Below are positions 36,376 to 46,922 of a stretch of 64,000 bases of DNA, piece by piece. Source of the DNA: a virus; the IMG/VR virus record IMGVR_UViG_3300045988_149468, positions 1 through 64,000 of that record. One strand, given 5' to 3'. The notes beneath the pieces are model-generated. The model was not told the DNA's origin, ran no database searches, and saw only the letters and a program-made list of their open reading frames with translations. A program made the translations under genes and the position numbers. Each line of letters starts with the position of its first letter. The stretch's first letter is position 1.

Positions 36376-36849
36376 ATGTATACAGAGTTAAATCATGTAA
36401 ATGACAAAATGGCAGTTTCAGTTAAATTAGATGTAGACTGCGAAAATGGTGGATTCGTTAAAATAAGCGGATTAGCTGACTGTAAAGTTGGTAATTTTGA
36501 TTTAGGTGGAGAAGCGTTAAAAGGTGTTGCTTTAACTGATGGTTTTGGTGATGTTTATTGCTTAATAGCTTCTGATTATCATAGATATGATGAAAGAGTA
36601 TTATCAGGCGATATACCTAAACATAAAAAAGGTGAATTAGTTAGAGGTTACTTATTAGAAAAAGGTAATAGAGTAACTATAGAAAAAGCATTAGTTGATG
36701 GAGAAGTTGCTGTTGGTGATGTATTAGTTCCTACTGCTACTGGTACTACATTAGCTAAAGCTGAAGGTACTGAAAAAAATGCAATAGCTCAAGTTATAGA
36801 AGTTAGAAAATACATGAAAAAAGATTGTTATAAAATAATGTTTATATAA
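36376..36849 (+). CDS. putative head decoration protein
   Basis: It is 157 aa and lies directly upstream of the major capsid gene, in lambda D-E order. Confidence 0.35.
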   Translation: MYTELNHVNDKMAVSVKLDVDCENGGFVKISGLADCKVGNFDLGGEALKGVALTDGFGDVYCLIASDYHRYDERVLSGDIPKHKKGELVRGYLLEKGNRVTIEKALVDGEVAVGDVLVPTATGTTLAKAEGTEKNAIAQVIEVRKYMKKDCYKIMFI

Positions 36850-36900
36850 TAGGAATATATAAATTAATAATAGAAAAATAGGTTAAAATAGGAGGAAATT

Positions 36901-37920
36901 ATGTTAAGAGAAAACATGACTGATTTACAAAAGACTGCTTTCGACTGTTATAACAATACTGTTATAAAATACTCAGTTGCAGAAGCAGAAGACGTGATAA
37001 GAAAGGCTATAATAAATGAAATAGGTGAACCACCTGCAAGAAAAGAAAAAATGAATAGATGGTTTGAAAAAAATAAAGTTAGATTCTATGAATTATTAGA
37101 AGAAGTTTTAGAACCATTAGTAAATTTACCAAAATTAACTGACTTAGGTGGATATATATTAGTTGAATCTTGTGACTTTGGTGATAAGAAAACTTACAAA
37201 GTTAAAAATAAAGACTTATTTAAAGTTAGTCAAATAGCAACTGGTGTTGGAATGACTGATAGACAAAGATTACATGATAGTAAACTAGACACTAAAATGA
37301 CTAGATTAGGTATCAAAATATATGAAGAAGCATTTGAATTTTTAACTGGTAGAGTTTCTTGGACTGAATTAGTTAATAAAGTAAAAGATTCTTTTGATCA
37401 TACAGTAACAATGATGGTTATACAAACTGTTTTTGATGCTTATGATGTTGTTAATACTAACTTAAAAGCTACTACAAATGCTGATGGTGTTGGTGACAAA
37501 TTAAAACAAATGATAGCTAAAGTTAAAGGTGCTACTGGTGTAGAACCAGTTGTATTAGGTACTAAATCAGCATTAGCAACTATACCTAATTCTGGTGGAA
37601 CTGATTATGTTTTAGATAATGAAGATAGAAGAAATGGTGGTTATGTAAAATTATTTGAAGGTACAAGATGTGTAGAATTAACTCAATATTATGATGTTGA
37701 AAATAATAAATTCCATATACCAGATGATTATCTAATCATAACTGTTCCAGATGCAAACGGTAAATTAGCAGTTGTTACATACGAGGGTGGAGTTACAATA
37801 TTAGATTCTAATGATACATTAGCTAGAAAAGATTATCAATTAGAAATGGAAATGGAAAGATTTGTCCATGTTGGTGTCCCAGTAGCAATGCATTTTGCAA
37901 TGATAAAAATATCTGCATAA
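36901..37920 (+). CDS. major capsid protein
   Basis: It is 339 aa and has a strong RBS. Its position fits, and a box plus hairpin follow immediately downstream (37928-37970). Confidence 0.6.
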   Translation: MLRENMTDLQKTAFDCYNNTVIKYSVAEAEDVIRKAIINEIGEPPARKEKMNRWFEKNKVRFYELLEEVLEPLVNLPKLTDLGGYILVESCDFGDKKTYKVKNKDLFKVSQIATGVGMTDRQRLHDSKLDTKMTRLGIKIYEEAFEFLTGRVSWTELVNKVKDSFDHTVTMMVIQTVFDAYDVVNTNLKATTNADGVGDKLKQMIAKVKGATGVEPVVLGTKSALATIPNSGGTDYVLDNEDRRNGGYVKLFEGTRCVELTQYYDVENNKFHIPDDYLIITVPDANGKLAVVTYEGGVTILDSNDTLARKDYQLEMEMERFVHVGVPVAMHFAMIKISA

Positions 37921-37994
37921 TTTGATAAATATAATAATTAATAACAGTTCCCTTTTTATTAAGGGGACTTATATAAAATAGGAGGAGATTAATA

Positions 37995-38621
37995 ATGGCA
38001 AGAGTAAGTAAGGCTGATTTAGAAAAGAAAAAAGCAGAAGAACAAACTGAAACACAGACTAAAGAAGTTGTAGAAGAAACAAAACCAAAAACTAAAACAG
38101 TATCAAGAAGACAACAATTTAAAGAAAAGAAAATAGAACTTAGGAAACAAGCTAGTGAGATACAAGTCGAAGTATTAAATATATCCGATGGTAATGCTTA
38201 TTTTGTTAGTAGAAAAACTGGTATACCTTATTTTGATTTAAGTCCTTCTGAAGATACAGTATTAACTTTAGATGAACTTGAAGAAGTAGTAAGAGATGCT
38301 AAAGGTTTTTTCACAAAAGATGTATTAGTTATGACTGATGTTTATAATGAAAAATACAATTTAGTTGATATAATGGAATATTTAAAATTAAAAGATTACG
38401 ATAAAGCTGGATATGATTATCTTGAAGAATTTATAGTTGATAGTTCTGATGCCGAATTTAAATCTAAATTAGAAAATGAATCAAGAGAGTATGTTAAAAG
38501 AATTGCTTGTAAAGCTATATACCTTGATGCAACTGAAGAATATATACTACCTCGTAGTAAAGAAACAATTCTTTGTAATTTATTAGGATTACAATTGCTA
38601 ATAGGTGAAAATGACAGATAG
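37995..38621 (+). CDS. hypothetical structural protein (K/E-rich N-terminus)
   Basis: It lies in the late operon and has a GGAGG RBS. Confidence 0.5.
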   Translation: MARVSKADLEKKKAEEQTETQTKEVVEETKPKTKTVSRRQQFKEKKIELRKQASEIQVEVLNISDGNAYFVSRKTGIPYFDLSPSEDTVLTLDELEEVVRDAKGFFTKDVLVMTDVYNEKYNLVDIMEYLKLKDYDKAGYDYLEEFIVDSSDAEFKSKLENESREYVKRIACKAIYLDATEEYILPRSKETILCNLLGLQLLIGENDR

Positions 38622-38631
38622 GAGGTGCATT

Positions 38632-39045
38632 ATGGCAACTTCTGTTCAAGATATTTATAAACGATTTTTAGCACAAATAGGCAAAGATGTAATAGCTGAG
38701 TTAGAACAAGAATTAGCTGAAGAACTAATGTTAATTTATTTAGAAGGCGCTATTTCAATGTTTGATATTTGTGAAAAAGACTTAACAATAGAAAATAATG
38801 AGTTTAAAGAAGATTTAACATTAAATGAACAATATATATTAGCTGATGGTATGATTTTATATTGGTTAAAACCAAAAATAAATACTGAAAAAATGATAGA
38901 TTTAATAATTACAACTAGTGATTATAACATTAAATCACCTGCCAATCTATTAGACAAATTAAATACTTTATATAATGATAGTTTTTATAAATTTAGAAAT
39001 AGAATTAATCGTTATTCGTTCAAAGGGAAAAAGGTGAATGGATAA
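38632..39045 (+). CDS. head-tail connector/adaptor candidate
   Basis: ATG at 38632 follows an AGGAGGTG RBS. The call is by position only. Confidence 0.4.
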   Translation: MATSVQDIYKRFLAQIGKDVIAELEQELAEELMLIYLEGAISMFDICEKDLTIENNEFKEDLTLNEQYILADGMILYWLKPKINTEKMIDLIITTSDYNIKSPANLLDKLNTLYNDSFYKFRNRINRYSFKGKKVNG

Positions 39046-39478
39046 TGAGTTATTTTGAAAGATATAAAATTAGAACACAAAGAGCATTAAATTGTAAAGA
39101 ATCTTTGTTAAAAGATGCTGAATATAGATTTCAACAGGTTATGGATGAAGCATTAACCACTCATATTGTTCAATATACTAAAAATGGTGAATTTCCAGAT
39201 TTAAAAAAGAATGGAACTATTAGAGTAAATATAAATGATATTACAAACAATGATAAATCAGCTTATGATGAAAAGAAAATTTTAGTTGATAAAAATGCTG
39301 ACATGGATGTTGGTTCGTACATATGGTTTAATAATTGTTGGTGGATAGCTGTATTTAAAGAACATCAAAGTTTAAATTTATATAAGAAATTGATATTTAA
39401 AGTTTGTAATCAAATAGTGAAATATAAATTAAATGGTACAACATATGATATACCTGTTAATATACACAATATGACGCT
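39045..39478 (+). CDS. head-tail joining protein, exon 1 (candidate)
   Basis: The ORF continues to an intron-borne stop at 39515. The predicted 5' splice site follows ...ATGACGCT. Confidence 0.45.
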
Positions 39479-39812
39479 AAACTGTATGGTGTCTTGCTAT
39501 AGAAATATAGCATAGGAAAATTGGGTAAAATCGGTCATATATGTAGTGATACATATGGTAAGAAAGGCTAAATCTATTTTTTATAGACAAGCTAATACCG
39601 AGTTAATTAATTAGATTACGAAAGGCTAATTAACAATGTAGAGCGTAGAAGGTGAATAAATATAATCCTTCCAAGAGTATCCAACATCTTAACGGATAAT
39701 GCTGAAGATGAAAATGTACGCCAAACTGAGTTGGAATTAACCAACTGATGAAAATGAGAGAAATCTCCAGAGCAGTAGATAAAAAGCTACTGGATAATAA
39801 TTATTGATATAG
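39479..39812 (+). ncRNA. probable self-splicing (group I-like) intron, subclass unclear
   Basis: This ~334-nt ORF-free, densely hairpinned insert sits in an otherwise gap-free operon. A P1-like pairing, GACGCT(39473-39478)/GGTGTC(39488-39493), has a terminal U-G. There is a GNRA-capped stem (ATATGTA-GTGA-TACATAT). The 3' end reads ...GATATAG. Confidence 0.5.
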
Positions 39813-40341
39813 TGATGGTATGAATGATGCTAGATATATGTCTTATGGCGATAGTAAATGTAGATTTGTTATAGGTAAAAATCCAATAACTGAAAATATA
39901 AATGTTGGAGCAAGATTCTTAGTAAATCATGATGTACCTTACAGAGTTACAAATAGAGTTGATTACGAATATAACGGATATACAAATGGTAGTGACGGTA
40001 TAATGAACTTTATACTATTACAAGTACCTAGATTGCCAGATGATGATATTGAAGATAATATTGCTTATAATAATTTTGGTAAATATGTTGATGAATTATT
40101 TGTTGGTAATGATATTTGTTACATAGGTGAAGAGAATGAATATATATTTAGAACAAAACAAATGATAAGTTATCAGCTTGAAACTGATACAAAAGAAATA
40201 ACTATATCTGTTGAAAATAATATATGTACGTTGCATTGTAATTATAATATGGATCTAATAGGTAAGACAGTAAGATTAATTGTTAATAATGATGAAGGTA
40301 ATTTTATAATTGATAAACAAATTTTAATTAAGGGGGTGTAG
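39813..40341 (+). CDS. head-tail joining protein, exon 2 (candidate)
   Basis: The frame is open from 39808. The junction would read ...NIHNMT-L-DGMNDARYMSYG. Confidence 0.45.
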
Positions 40342-40345
40342 GATT

Positions 40346-40885
40346 GTGAGCAGTATTATAAAGAATTTTTCAAGTAATTACATGACAAAATTAGCAACAA
40401 TATTCATGTTAGATAAACAAGTTAATAAATTTTTATATTACAACAATATTTTAGATGAAGATATACTTTCACAACCAGATGTTAAAAATCCTATATCAGC
40501 CTTAAATGAAAATAAAGTATTTGTTGATAGAAAGATAGATAAAATCATCAAAGAAGGAGATATTACATTATTTATAAATGTTAAAAGTGATGCTCCTTAT
40601 TCTGATGGTGCTAGAGTTTCTTCTTTATATAACGTATTAACGATTGAAGTTGGTGTTATATGTCATAAATCATGCCGAAAAACAATAAATGGAATACGAG
40701 AATTAGTGGTAACAGATAGAATTAGACAAATCTTAACTAAAACTCCAGAATTACAAGGTATTGGTGATTTAACAATTAAAAGTTGTTCACCAATGTATAG
40801 TATTCCTTATTATGATTATAATGGTTATTCTACACAATTTGAAATAATTTATTGGAAGGATGCTTATAACAATGAAATTTCCTAA
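40346..40885 (+). CDS. tail completion/connector candidate
   Basis: It lies in the late operon. The call is by position only. Confidence 0.4.
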   Translation: MSSIIKNFSSNYMTKLATIFMLDKQVNKFLYYNNILDEDILSQPDVKNPISALNENKVFVDRKIDKIIKEGDITLFINVKSDAPYSDGARVSSLYNVLTIEVGVICHKSCRKTINGIRELVVTDRIRQILTKTPELQGIGDLTIKSCSPMYSIPYYDYNGYSTQFEIIYWKDAYNNEIS

Positions 40886-41621
40886 ACAATGTGTTAGTGG
40901 GAAACCAATTGATTTAAAAAAAGATGAGCTAGGAATTATAAATCAATTCGTAGTAGATGATTTTATGGATGATTATGATATAAATGAATTTATCAGACCA
41001 TTTTATATTGAACAATCAATGATGTTATATGAAGATATCAAAAATTTAAATATACCATTATTAACTTATTTATCTACTTCATTAGGAAAAAATGAAGAAT
41101 TAATAAATTTATTATTTAAATCATTAAAATTTTTATATAAAGCTTCTGAAGTTAAATTAAGTGAAATAGATGGTGAATACATAATAATTATTAAAAAAGA
41201 TGGTAAAGGTATTGCAAATATAAATGATAGAAATTTTCATTTACTTAGTGATGTTATATTTGAAATATTATATTTTGAAAAACCTAAACCAGAAGAAAAA
41301 ATAGAAGGTTCACCAGAATTAATAAAAATGGTTAGAGAAGCTGAAGAAAAATATAGAAGAAAACATTTAAAAGATAATATTATGACATTTGAAATTATGG
41401 TACACGATGTCATTCATTATAGAAACTTAGATTATCAAGCAATTAAAAATTGGACTGTATGGCAATTAAAAGATACTTTTATTACTGAAATATATAAAGA
41501 AAATAAAGAGGATTCTTATTTATTGGCTACAGGTGGTAATTATAAAGTTGATTTAAAGAAAGTTAAAGACTGGAAAAAAGAAACTAGAGTAGTACACGAT
41601 GATGTACTTAATATGAAATAG
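40860..41621 (+). CDS. hypothetical structural protein
   Basis: It lies in the late operon. The start may be ATG 40872. Confidence 0.45.
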   Translation: MLITMKFPKQCVSGKPIDLKKDELGIINQFVVDDFMDDYDINEFIRPFYIEQSMMLYEDIKNLNIPLLTYLSTSLGKNEELINLLFKSLKFLYKASEVKLSEIDGEYIIIIKKDGKGIANINDRNFHLLSDVIFEILYFEKPKPEEKIEGSPELIKMVREAEEKYRRKHLKDNIMTFEIMVHDVIHYRNLDYQAIKNWTVWQLKDTFITEIYKENKEDSYLLATGGNYKVDLKKVKDWKKETRVVHDDVLNMK

Positions 41622-41634
41622 GAGGAAATATTAC

Positions 41635-42153
41635 ATGGCTAAAACAAGTGCAGATTTATATGCAATAAAAAAATGTGTAAATGGTACACTAACTGAAATA
41701 GGTGGAGGTGCAAAATCAATAAAAGTAGATTTTTGTAATACCTTCGATATGGAAACATCTTCAGATAAAATAACAGCTAGAGCTGATGGCGTAGATGTTA
41801 TTACTTGGAATACTTCAATAGAAAGAACATTCACATTAGGTTCTGAATGTATGAGTGATGATGCTTTAGCATTATTAGTAGGTGGTACAATAGATACAGC
41901 AACAAGTAAAATAACTGTTCCTAAAGATGTACCTTCAACTTGTTATTCTTATGAAGGTACATTTACAGTAGTCTATAAAGACGGTACTGTTGGTGTTAAA
42001 ACAATGAAAATACCTAAAGTACAACCAAACGTAGACAATTCATTATCATTATCTTCAGTAGATTTATCTACATTTGAAGTACAATTTAATATATTATCTG
42101 GTGATGAAGATTTTGTATTCACAATAGAACCTAAAACTGCTGAATCAGTATAA
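41635..42153 (+). CDS. major tail protein candidate
   Basis: It is 172 aa, has a strong RBS and precedes the chaperone/tape-measure genes. A box plus terminator-like hairpin follow (42159-42225). Confidence 0.5.
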   Translation: MAKTSADLYAIKKCVNGTLTEIGGGAKSIKVDFCNTFDMETSSDKITARADGVDVITWNTSIERTFTLGSECMSDDALALLVGGTIDTATSKITVPKDVPSTCYSYEGTFTVVYKDGTVGVKTMKIPKVQPNVDNSLSLSSVDLSTFEVQFNILSGDEDFVFTIEPKTAESV

Positions 42154-42253
42154 AATTGAATATATTAATTAATAAGACACTTAATAACTCTCTATGAAAA
42201 TAGGGAGTTATTTTTTTTATGTATTTTTAAATTTTATTTTAAAAGGAGGAATT

Positions 42254-42832
42254 ATGGATAGAACATTCAAATTAAAATTTAATATAGATGAAGACATCCT
42301 TATTGTTCCAGAGGTAGAAACCTTTACGAAAGACAATAATATATTCAATATATGTCTTGAATTATATAAAAATGGAAAAACAAAAGAGTTACAAATAAAA
42401 AAGACTGAATTGAAAGATTATAAAGTTGAATTATTTGTTTGTAAACCACCCATGCTAAAAGAATGGGTATCTTGCATTGGTGAAGTTGATGAAAAAAACA
42501 ATCGTATAAATTTCCCAATAGATGATACTTTTACAGATACGAAAGGTGCATATAAATGTGAAGTTTCAATTTCACATGATGAACAAATGTTAATTACACA
42601 ACCATTCATATATAGAGTTAATGGTAGTGTTACTGACGGTGCAATAAAAGAAGAGAAAGTAATCATTAATAAAATAGAACCTAAAATTATTAACAATTTA
42701 ATTACTACTAATGGTGAAGTAGCTTTAAGTGCTAAACAAGGATACATATTAAATGAAAGAATAACTGAAGTTGTTAAAGAGCTTAACGCTAGAATAGATA
42801 GAATATTTGATAATCAACAAGATTTAAAATAA
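42254..42832 (+). CDS. tail-associated protein (beta-rich)
   Basis: ATG at 42254 follows an AAAGGAGG RBS, in frame within track ORF 42194..42832. Confidence 0.45.
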   Translation: MDRTFKLKFNIDEDILIVPEVETFTKDNNIFNICLELYKNGKTKELQIKKTELKDYKVELFVCKPPMLKEWVSCIGEVDEKNNRINFPIDDTFTDTKGAYKCEVSISHDEQMLITQPFIYRVNGSVTDGAIKEEKVIINKIEPKIINNLITTNGEVALSAKQGYILNERITEVVKELNARIDRIFDNQQDLK

Positions 42833-42867
42833 TATAAAATTTTAATTAGTGATGGGAGGGTAAATTA

Positions 42868-43332
42868 ATGAAGATAAGTGAATTAAAAGGAAATCATTTA
42901 AGAAATTCATTTATATTTAGTATAGATGATGAAATTAGAGAGGTTAATGTGTTTAATCCAACACAAGAACAGAGAGAGATATTACTTAATAGAATAAAAG
43001 AATTAAGCAATAATGATAAAAATGATTCAGAAATAGCTGAAGAATTATATACAGATATATTATTAAATTGTACTGATTTAGAAATAGATGAACCAATAGT
43101 AGATATGTTGGCTAATCCAACTGGTAATTTATTATTGCTAATGAGAGATATAATAGATATATTTAATGAATTGCAAATGGAAATGTTGCTTAATCAATAT
43201 AATGCTATCAATGAATTAGAAAAATTACAATATACTCAATTAATGATATTAAAATCTCAAAAAATAGATATCATTAAGAAAAAAGCAGAGAAAATCCAAG
43301 ATGAAATAGATGAGTTAAAAAAGGATGATTAA
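42868..43332 (+). CDS. tail assembly chaperone (gpG-like)
   Basis: It is acidic, 154 aa, and lies upstream of the tape-measure gene. An A_AAA_AAG heptamer sits near its 3' end (43317-43323). Confidence 0.5.
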   Translation: MKISELKGNHLRNSFIFSIDDEIREVNVFNPTQEQREILLNRIKELSNNDKNDSEIAEELYTDILLNCTDLEIDEPIVDMLANPTGNLLLLMRDIIDIFNELQMEMLLNQYNAINELEKLQYTQLMILKSQKIDIIKKKAEKIQDEIDELKKDD

Positions 43333-43762
43333 TATGGATTTTAATAATATACAAGAAATTGTAAAATATGTAGAAGGAATTTCACAAGATGGCTTAGTTT
43401 CACTTAAAGATGATTTTAAGGAAACTATGAGTAATGAAATAGAGGAACAGATATATAATGATCATGAGCCTGAAGTATATGAGAGAACGGAACAATTAAA
43501 AAATACACCAGAAGTTGTTATTGGAGATAAGCTTCTTACTGCAAGCTTTGAAGATAATGGTGATTGGGAAAGTTGGAATGGTGGTCACTTCTTTCCTATG
43601 ATTGCTTGGGAAAATAGTGGGACAGTTAGAAGAAGTACGAGTCAAGGTGGTGGGACTTATCCTTTAACACATATTACTGAAGGTGCTTATCAAAAATTAG
43701 ATAGAGAAATTCCTGTTAAATTTAAACAATACCTTATTTCCAGAGGATTGAAGATAGAATAA
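43325..43762 (+). CDS. gpT-like ORF (possible frameshift extension of the chaperone)
   Basis: It overlaps the chaperone gene by 8 nt in the +1 frame. Confidence 0.45.
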   Translation: MINMDFNNIQEIVKYVEGISQDGLVSLKDDFKETMSNEIEEQIYNDHEPEVYERTEQLKNTPEVVIGDKLLTASFEDNGDWESWNGGHFFPMIAWENSGTVRRSTSQGGGTYPLTHITEGAYQKLDREIPVKFKQYLISRGLKIE

Positions 43763-43778
43763 TAAGGTGGTGAATTAA

Positions 43779-45672
43779 ATGGCAGATCATCAATTTAATA
43801 TTAAATTAGGTATTAAAGTTGAAAAAGGTGATTCTGAAAAACAGTTAGAGAATCTCAAAAAATCATTAGAAGAGAAGAAAATTACTTTAAAATTAGATGT
43901 AACTAAGCTTAATGAACAATTAAAAACATTTAAAGATTCGTTAAGTGATGTTAATAAAAAATTAAATGATGCTTTTAAGTTAAATAATGGTGCATTAGAT
44001 AATTTAAAGAATTTAAAAACCGTATTAGAGGAAATCAACAAATTAAGTGGTAAAACTAAAATACAAATTAATAATAGTAAAGACGTAAACACAATTACTA
44101 AAAATTTAGAAACACAGAAACAAAAGTATGCTGAATTAATAAGGTTGAAACAAAGCCTTGAAAAACAAAGAGCTAAAACAACTAATGCTGAATCGTATAA
44201 TGCATTAACAAGAGAAATTGATTTAGTTTCACAAAAAGCAGAAGAATGTAAAACTAAACTTAGTGAACTAACTAAGATTAAGTTAAATGCCGACATGACT
44301 AAAAGTATGGCATCGCAATTTCAAACAATTCAAAAAGAAGCTCAATCCTTAAAAACTTCATTAGAAAATACTTTAAAAAATTCTAATTTAACAATGACTC
44401 AGCAACATGATTTAGAAAATCTCTTAAAAACTATCGAAAAAATCAAAGGTAAAAAAGTAGATTTAAAAACTGATGGAGCAAAAACTAAATTACAAGATAT
44501 AAAAACCAATTTAGAAAGTATTAAAGAAAAATATTCATCAATTAAAATAGATATAAAAACTAACGACAATATTAGAAGTGCGATAAAAACAACTAATGAT
44601 TTTATTAACAAAATTAATTCTGCTCAAAAATCTAAAACTGGTGTAAATTCATTTATTGATGAAGGAAAATTAAATAATTTAAAAACTAAAGTTAAAGATT
44701 TAAGAACTCAATTGTCCGATGTACATTTAAAACCTAATGTTGAATCAGAGATTGAAAACATTATAAAAAAATTAGATAGATGTAAGGTTGAGTTTAAAGA
44801 ATTACAAAATTCAGCTAAATTAAGCATGAAAATAGATGGTGATGTAAATTCACAAACTAAACAGATTGATACTATGTTAAATAAGCTAAAAGAAATGAAA
44901 CAATGGAAAATTGGTTCAAATGCTTATATAGATGAATCTAAAATCAATGAAGCGATATCTAAATTAGAACAGTATAAAAATGAATTGAAAAATTTAGACG
45001 TTAATGATGAAAAAGTTGCATCTGAATTTGAGACTATAAAAAGTAAAATCAATGAAACAACACAAGAAATAAAAGAATTTCAAAATCAAGCTAAGCAAGG
45101 TATGAAAATTGATAGCAATAATGCTAGTATAGATTCATTAAAAAACAAAATCACTCAGTTAAAAAATGAAGAAAAATTAACTGCTGAACAAGCTGAACAA
45201 CTTAAACAAAAATTAAATCAAATATCACAAATGGATGTTGGAAAACAAGCTAATGCTATAAAACATTTTAGAAACGAATTAAAACAAGCTACAGATGAAA
45301 CTTCCAGATTGCAAACTGGTGTTAAAAGAACAAGCACATTCTTTAGTAATCTATATTCAACAATGTCTACATTCTCTCTAGGTAATATTATAAGTATGCA
45401 AATAACCAAAGCTATTTATGGTATAAGTGATACTATTAGAGAATTAGATAAAGCATTTGTTGGGTTAACTAAAGTTGCACCAGATTCATTTCATGGTACT
45501 GCTGAAGAATTAGAAAATGTAAGACAAAAAGCAGTAGAGGTTGGACAAGATGTTGCTCGTAGTGCTACGGATATAATTAATTCAACTGCATCAGCTTTAC
45601 AGTTAGGCGTAAGTAATATTGATAGAGCTATGGAATATGCTAAAAATGTCAATTTATACGCAAATGTCGCAG
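43779..45672 (+). CDS. tail tape measure protein, exon 1
   Basis: It has a long coiled coil, then the TMP core '...SATDIINSTASALQLGVSNIDRAMEYAKNVNLYANVA'. Track ORF 43779..45698 ends at an intron-borne stop. Confidence 0.8.
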
Positions 45673-46043
45673 AAACAACATTCTGCCTATGTTTATAAAG
45701 AGCATAGCAAACTCATTGAATTGCTGGAAAGCCCTAAAGCTCAAATGCCACAACATAATTGGAAACGATAAGTGTGATGGAACGAAAGTAGAAAAAAGTT
45801 TTGAGATAGTATAAGGTTAAACCCTAAGTACTAAAATAATGGGTAATCAGCCTCCAAGTCTCTATAAAGTGAGAAAGGATAAACGACTATTCCGTGACGG
45901 GAAGTACACATATAAGCTATTGATATGTGGAAGTGGTGAGGTTCTTTTTATTGAAAAAGAATGTGATATAGTCTACTCTTATATGAAAGTATAAGAAGTT
46001 CATAAGAGAACTGTCTAGCGTAGCGAGCTAGATGAATACAAGG
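45673..46043 (+). ncRNA. group I intron 1 of the tape-measure gene
   Basis: Features are the P1 hairpin GCAG|AA-ACAACA-TTCTGC, TTGAATTGCTGGAAAG, CCCTAAGT, ACGACTA (45883-45889), GATATAGTC (45965-45973) and the shared 3' module GAAGTTCATAAGAGAACTG (45995-46013). Boundaries are set by reading-frame restoration. Confidence 0.75.
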
Positions 46044-46190
46044 ATATTTCAGAAGAGGATTCAGATAAATATTTAAAATCAATAATGTCAGCGTATGGTG
46101 GCGTTGATGAATCATTGGATGCTATGAGTACCAAAGTTAAAGGTGCTGGTGATAATTACAGTAGATTAACTGATTATATGGATCAGGCAG
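46044..46190 (+). CDS. tape measure protein, exon 2
   Basis: In frame it reads (D)ISEEDSDKYLKSIMSAYGGVDESLDAMSTKVKGAGDNYSRLTDYMDQA. Confidence 0.65.
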
Positions 46191-46563
46191 ATGTTTGCCT
46201 AGTTGTATAGTAATATGCAACCGAAAACAACTCTAATTGCAGGTAATGGGTAAAGCCTTACACTACAATATGCCAGAAATGAGTATATGATAGTGCGAAA
46301 GCGGAAACAACGTAAGGATTCTCATATGGTTAAATCCTAAGTGGGAAATGATTAAATTCATACAATCCCTGTTCATGCAACCAAGCTCCCCTGTATATAA
46401 CGAGGAGAAGGCTCAACGACTAATTGTACATTACAAGCCAATGGTAATGGAAAAGGGTTGCTCCTATTTATATAGGATGAAGAAATAGTCTAATCTTATG
46501 TGAAAGCATAAGCAGTTTGTAAGAGAACGGCATAAATCTTGCGAATTTATGTGAATATGAAAG
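46191..46563 (+). ncRNA. group I intron 2 of the tape-measure gene
   Basis: Features are the P1 hairpin AGGCAG|ATGT-TTGCCT, AATTGCAGGTAA, AATCCTAAGT, ACGACTA (46416-46422) and AAATAGTC (46483-46490). The 3' module variant is GCAGTTTGTAAGAGAACGG. It is most similar to intron 4. Confidence 0.7.
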
Positions 46564-46574
46564 AAACTATGCAG
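46564..46574 (+). CDS. tape measure protein, micro-exon 3 (11 nt by my junctions; 21 nt under an alternative 3' splice site)
   Basis: AAACTATGCAG lies between two intron cores. It is required to keep exons 2 and 4 in frame (..DQA-ETMQ-NNFAVTS..). Confidence 0.45.
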
Positions 46575-46922
46575 GTGAAAGTTTAATCGCCTAGTAATAC
46601 AAGTGATTGTATTATTTTACTTTTTGAATTGCTGGAAACTCCTTAGAGTCTTAAATACTACAACATAATCTGAAAAGATAAGTGTGAAAGTTTAAAAAAT
46701 TTAAGAATTGGAAAATCAGCAGGTAAGATTCTAAGTTGATTATAAAATCAATATGAATAAACTTCAACGACTATTCCTGGCAAGGAAGTACATTCAAGCG
46801 AATGGAAGTGGAAAGCTCTTATAATAATTATAAGATAAAGATATAGTCTAGTATCCTATTGAAAAATAGGGAAGTTCATAAGAGAACTGATTAGGAAGTA
46901 GCGAACCTAATTGAATATAACG
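46575..46922 (+). ncRNA. group I intron 3 of the tape-measure gene
   Basis: Features are TTGAATTGCTGGAAAC, ACGACTA (46767-46773), AGATATAGTC (46839-46848) and GAAGTTCATAAGAGAACTG (46871-46889). It is most similar to intron 1. Confidence 0.7.

Noticed and set aside
43317-43330. A canonical -1 programmed frameshift producing the G-T chaperone fusion
   Set aside because: The -1 frame terminates after one codon (GGA TGA). Only the +1/-2 frame is open.
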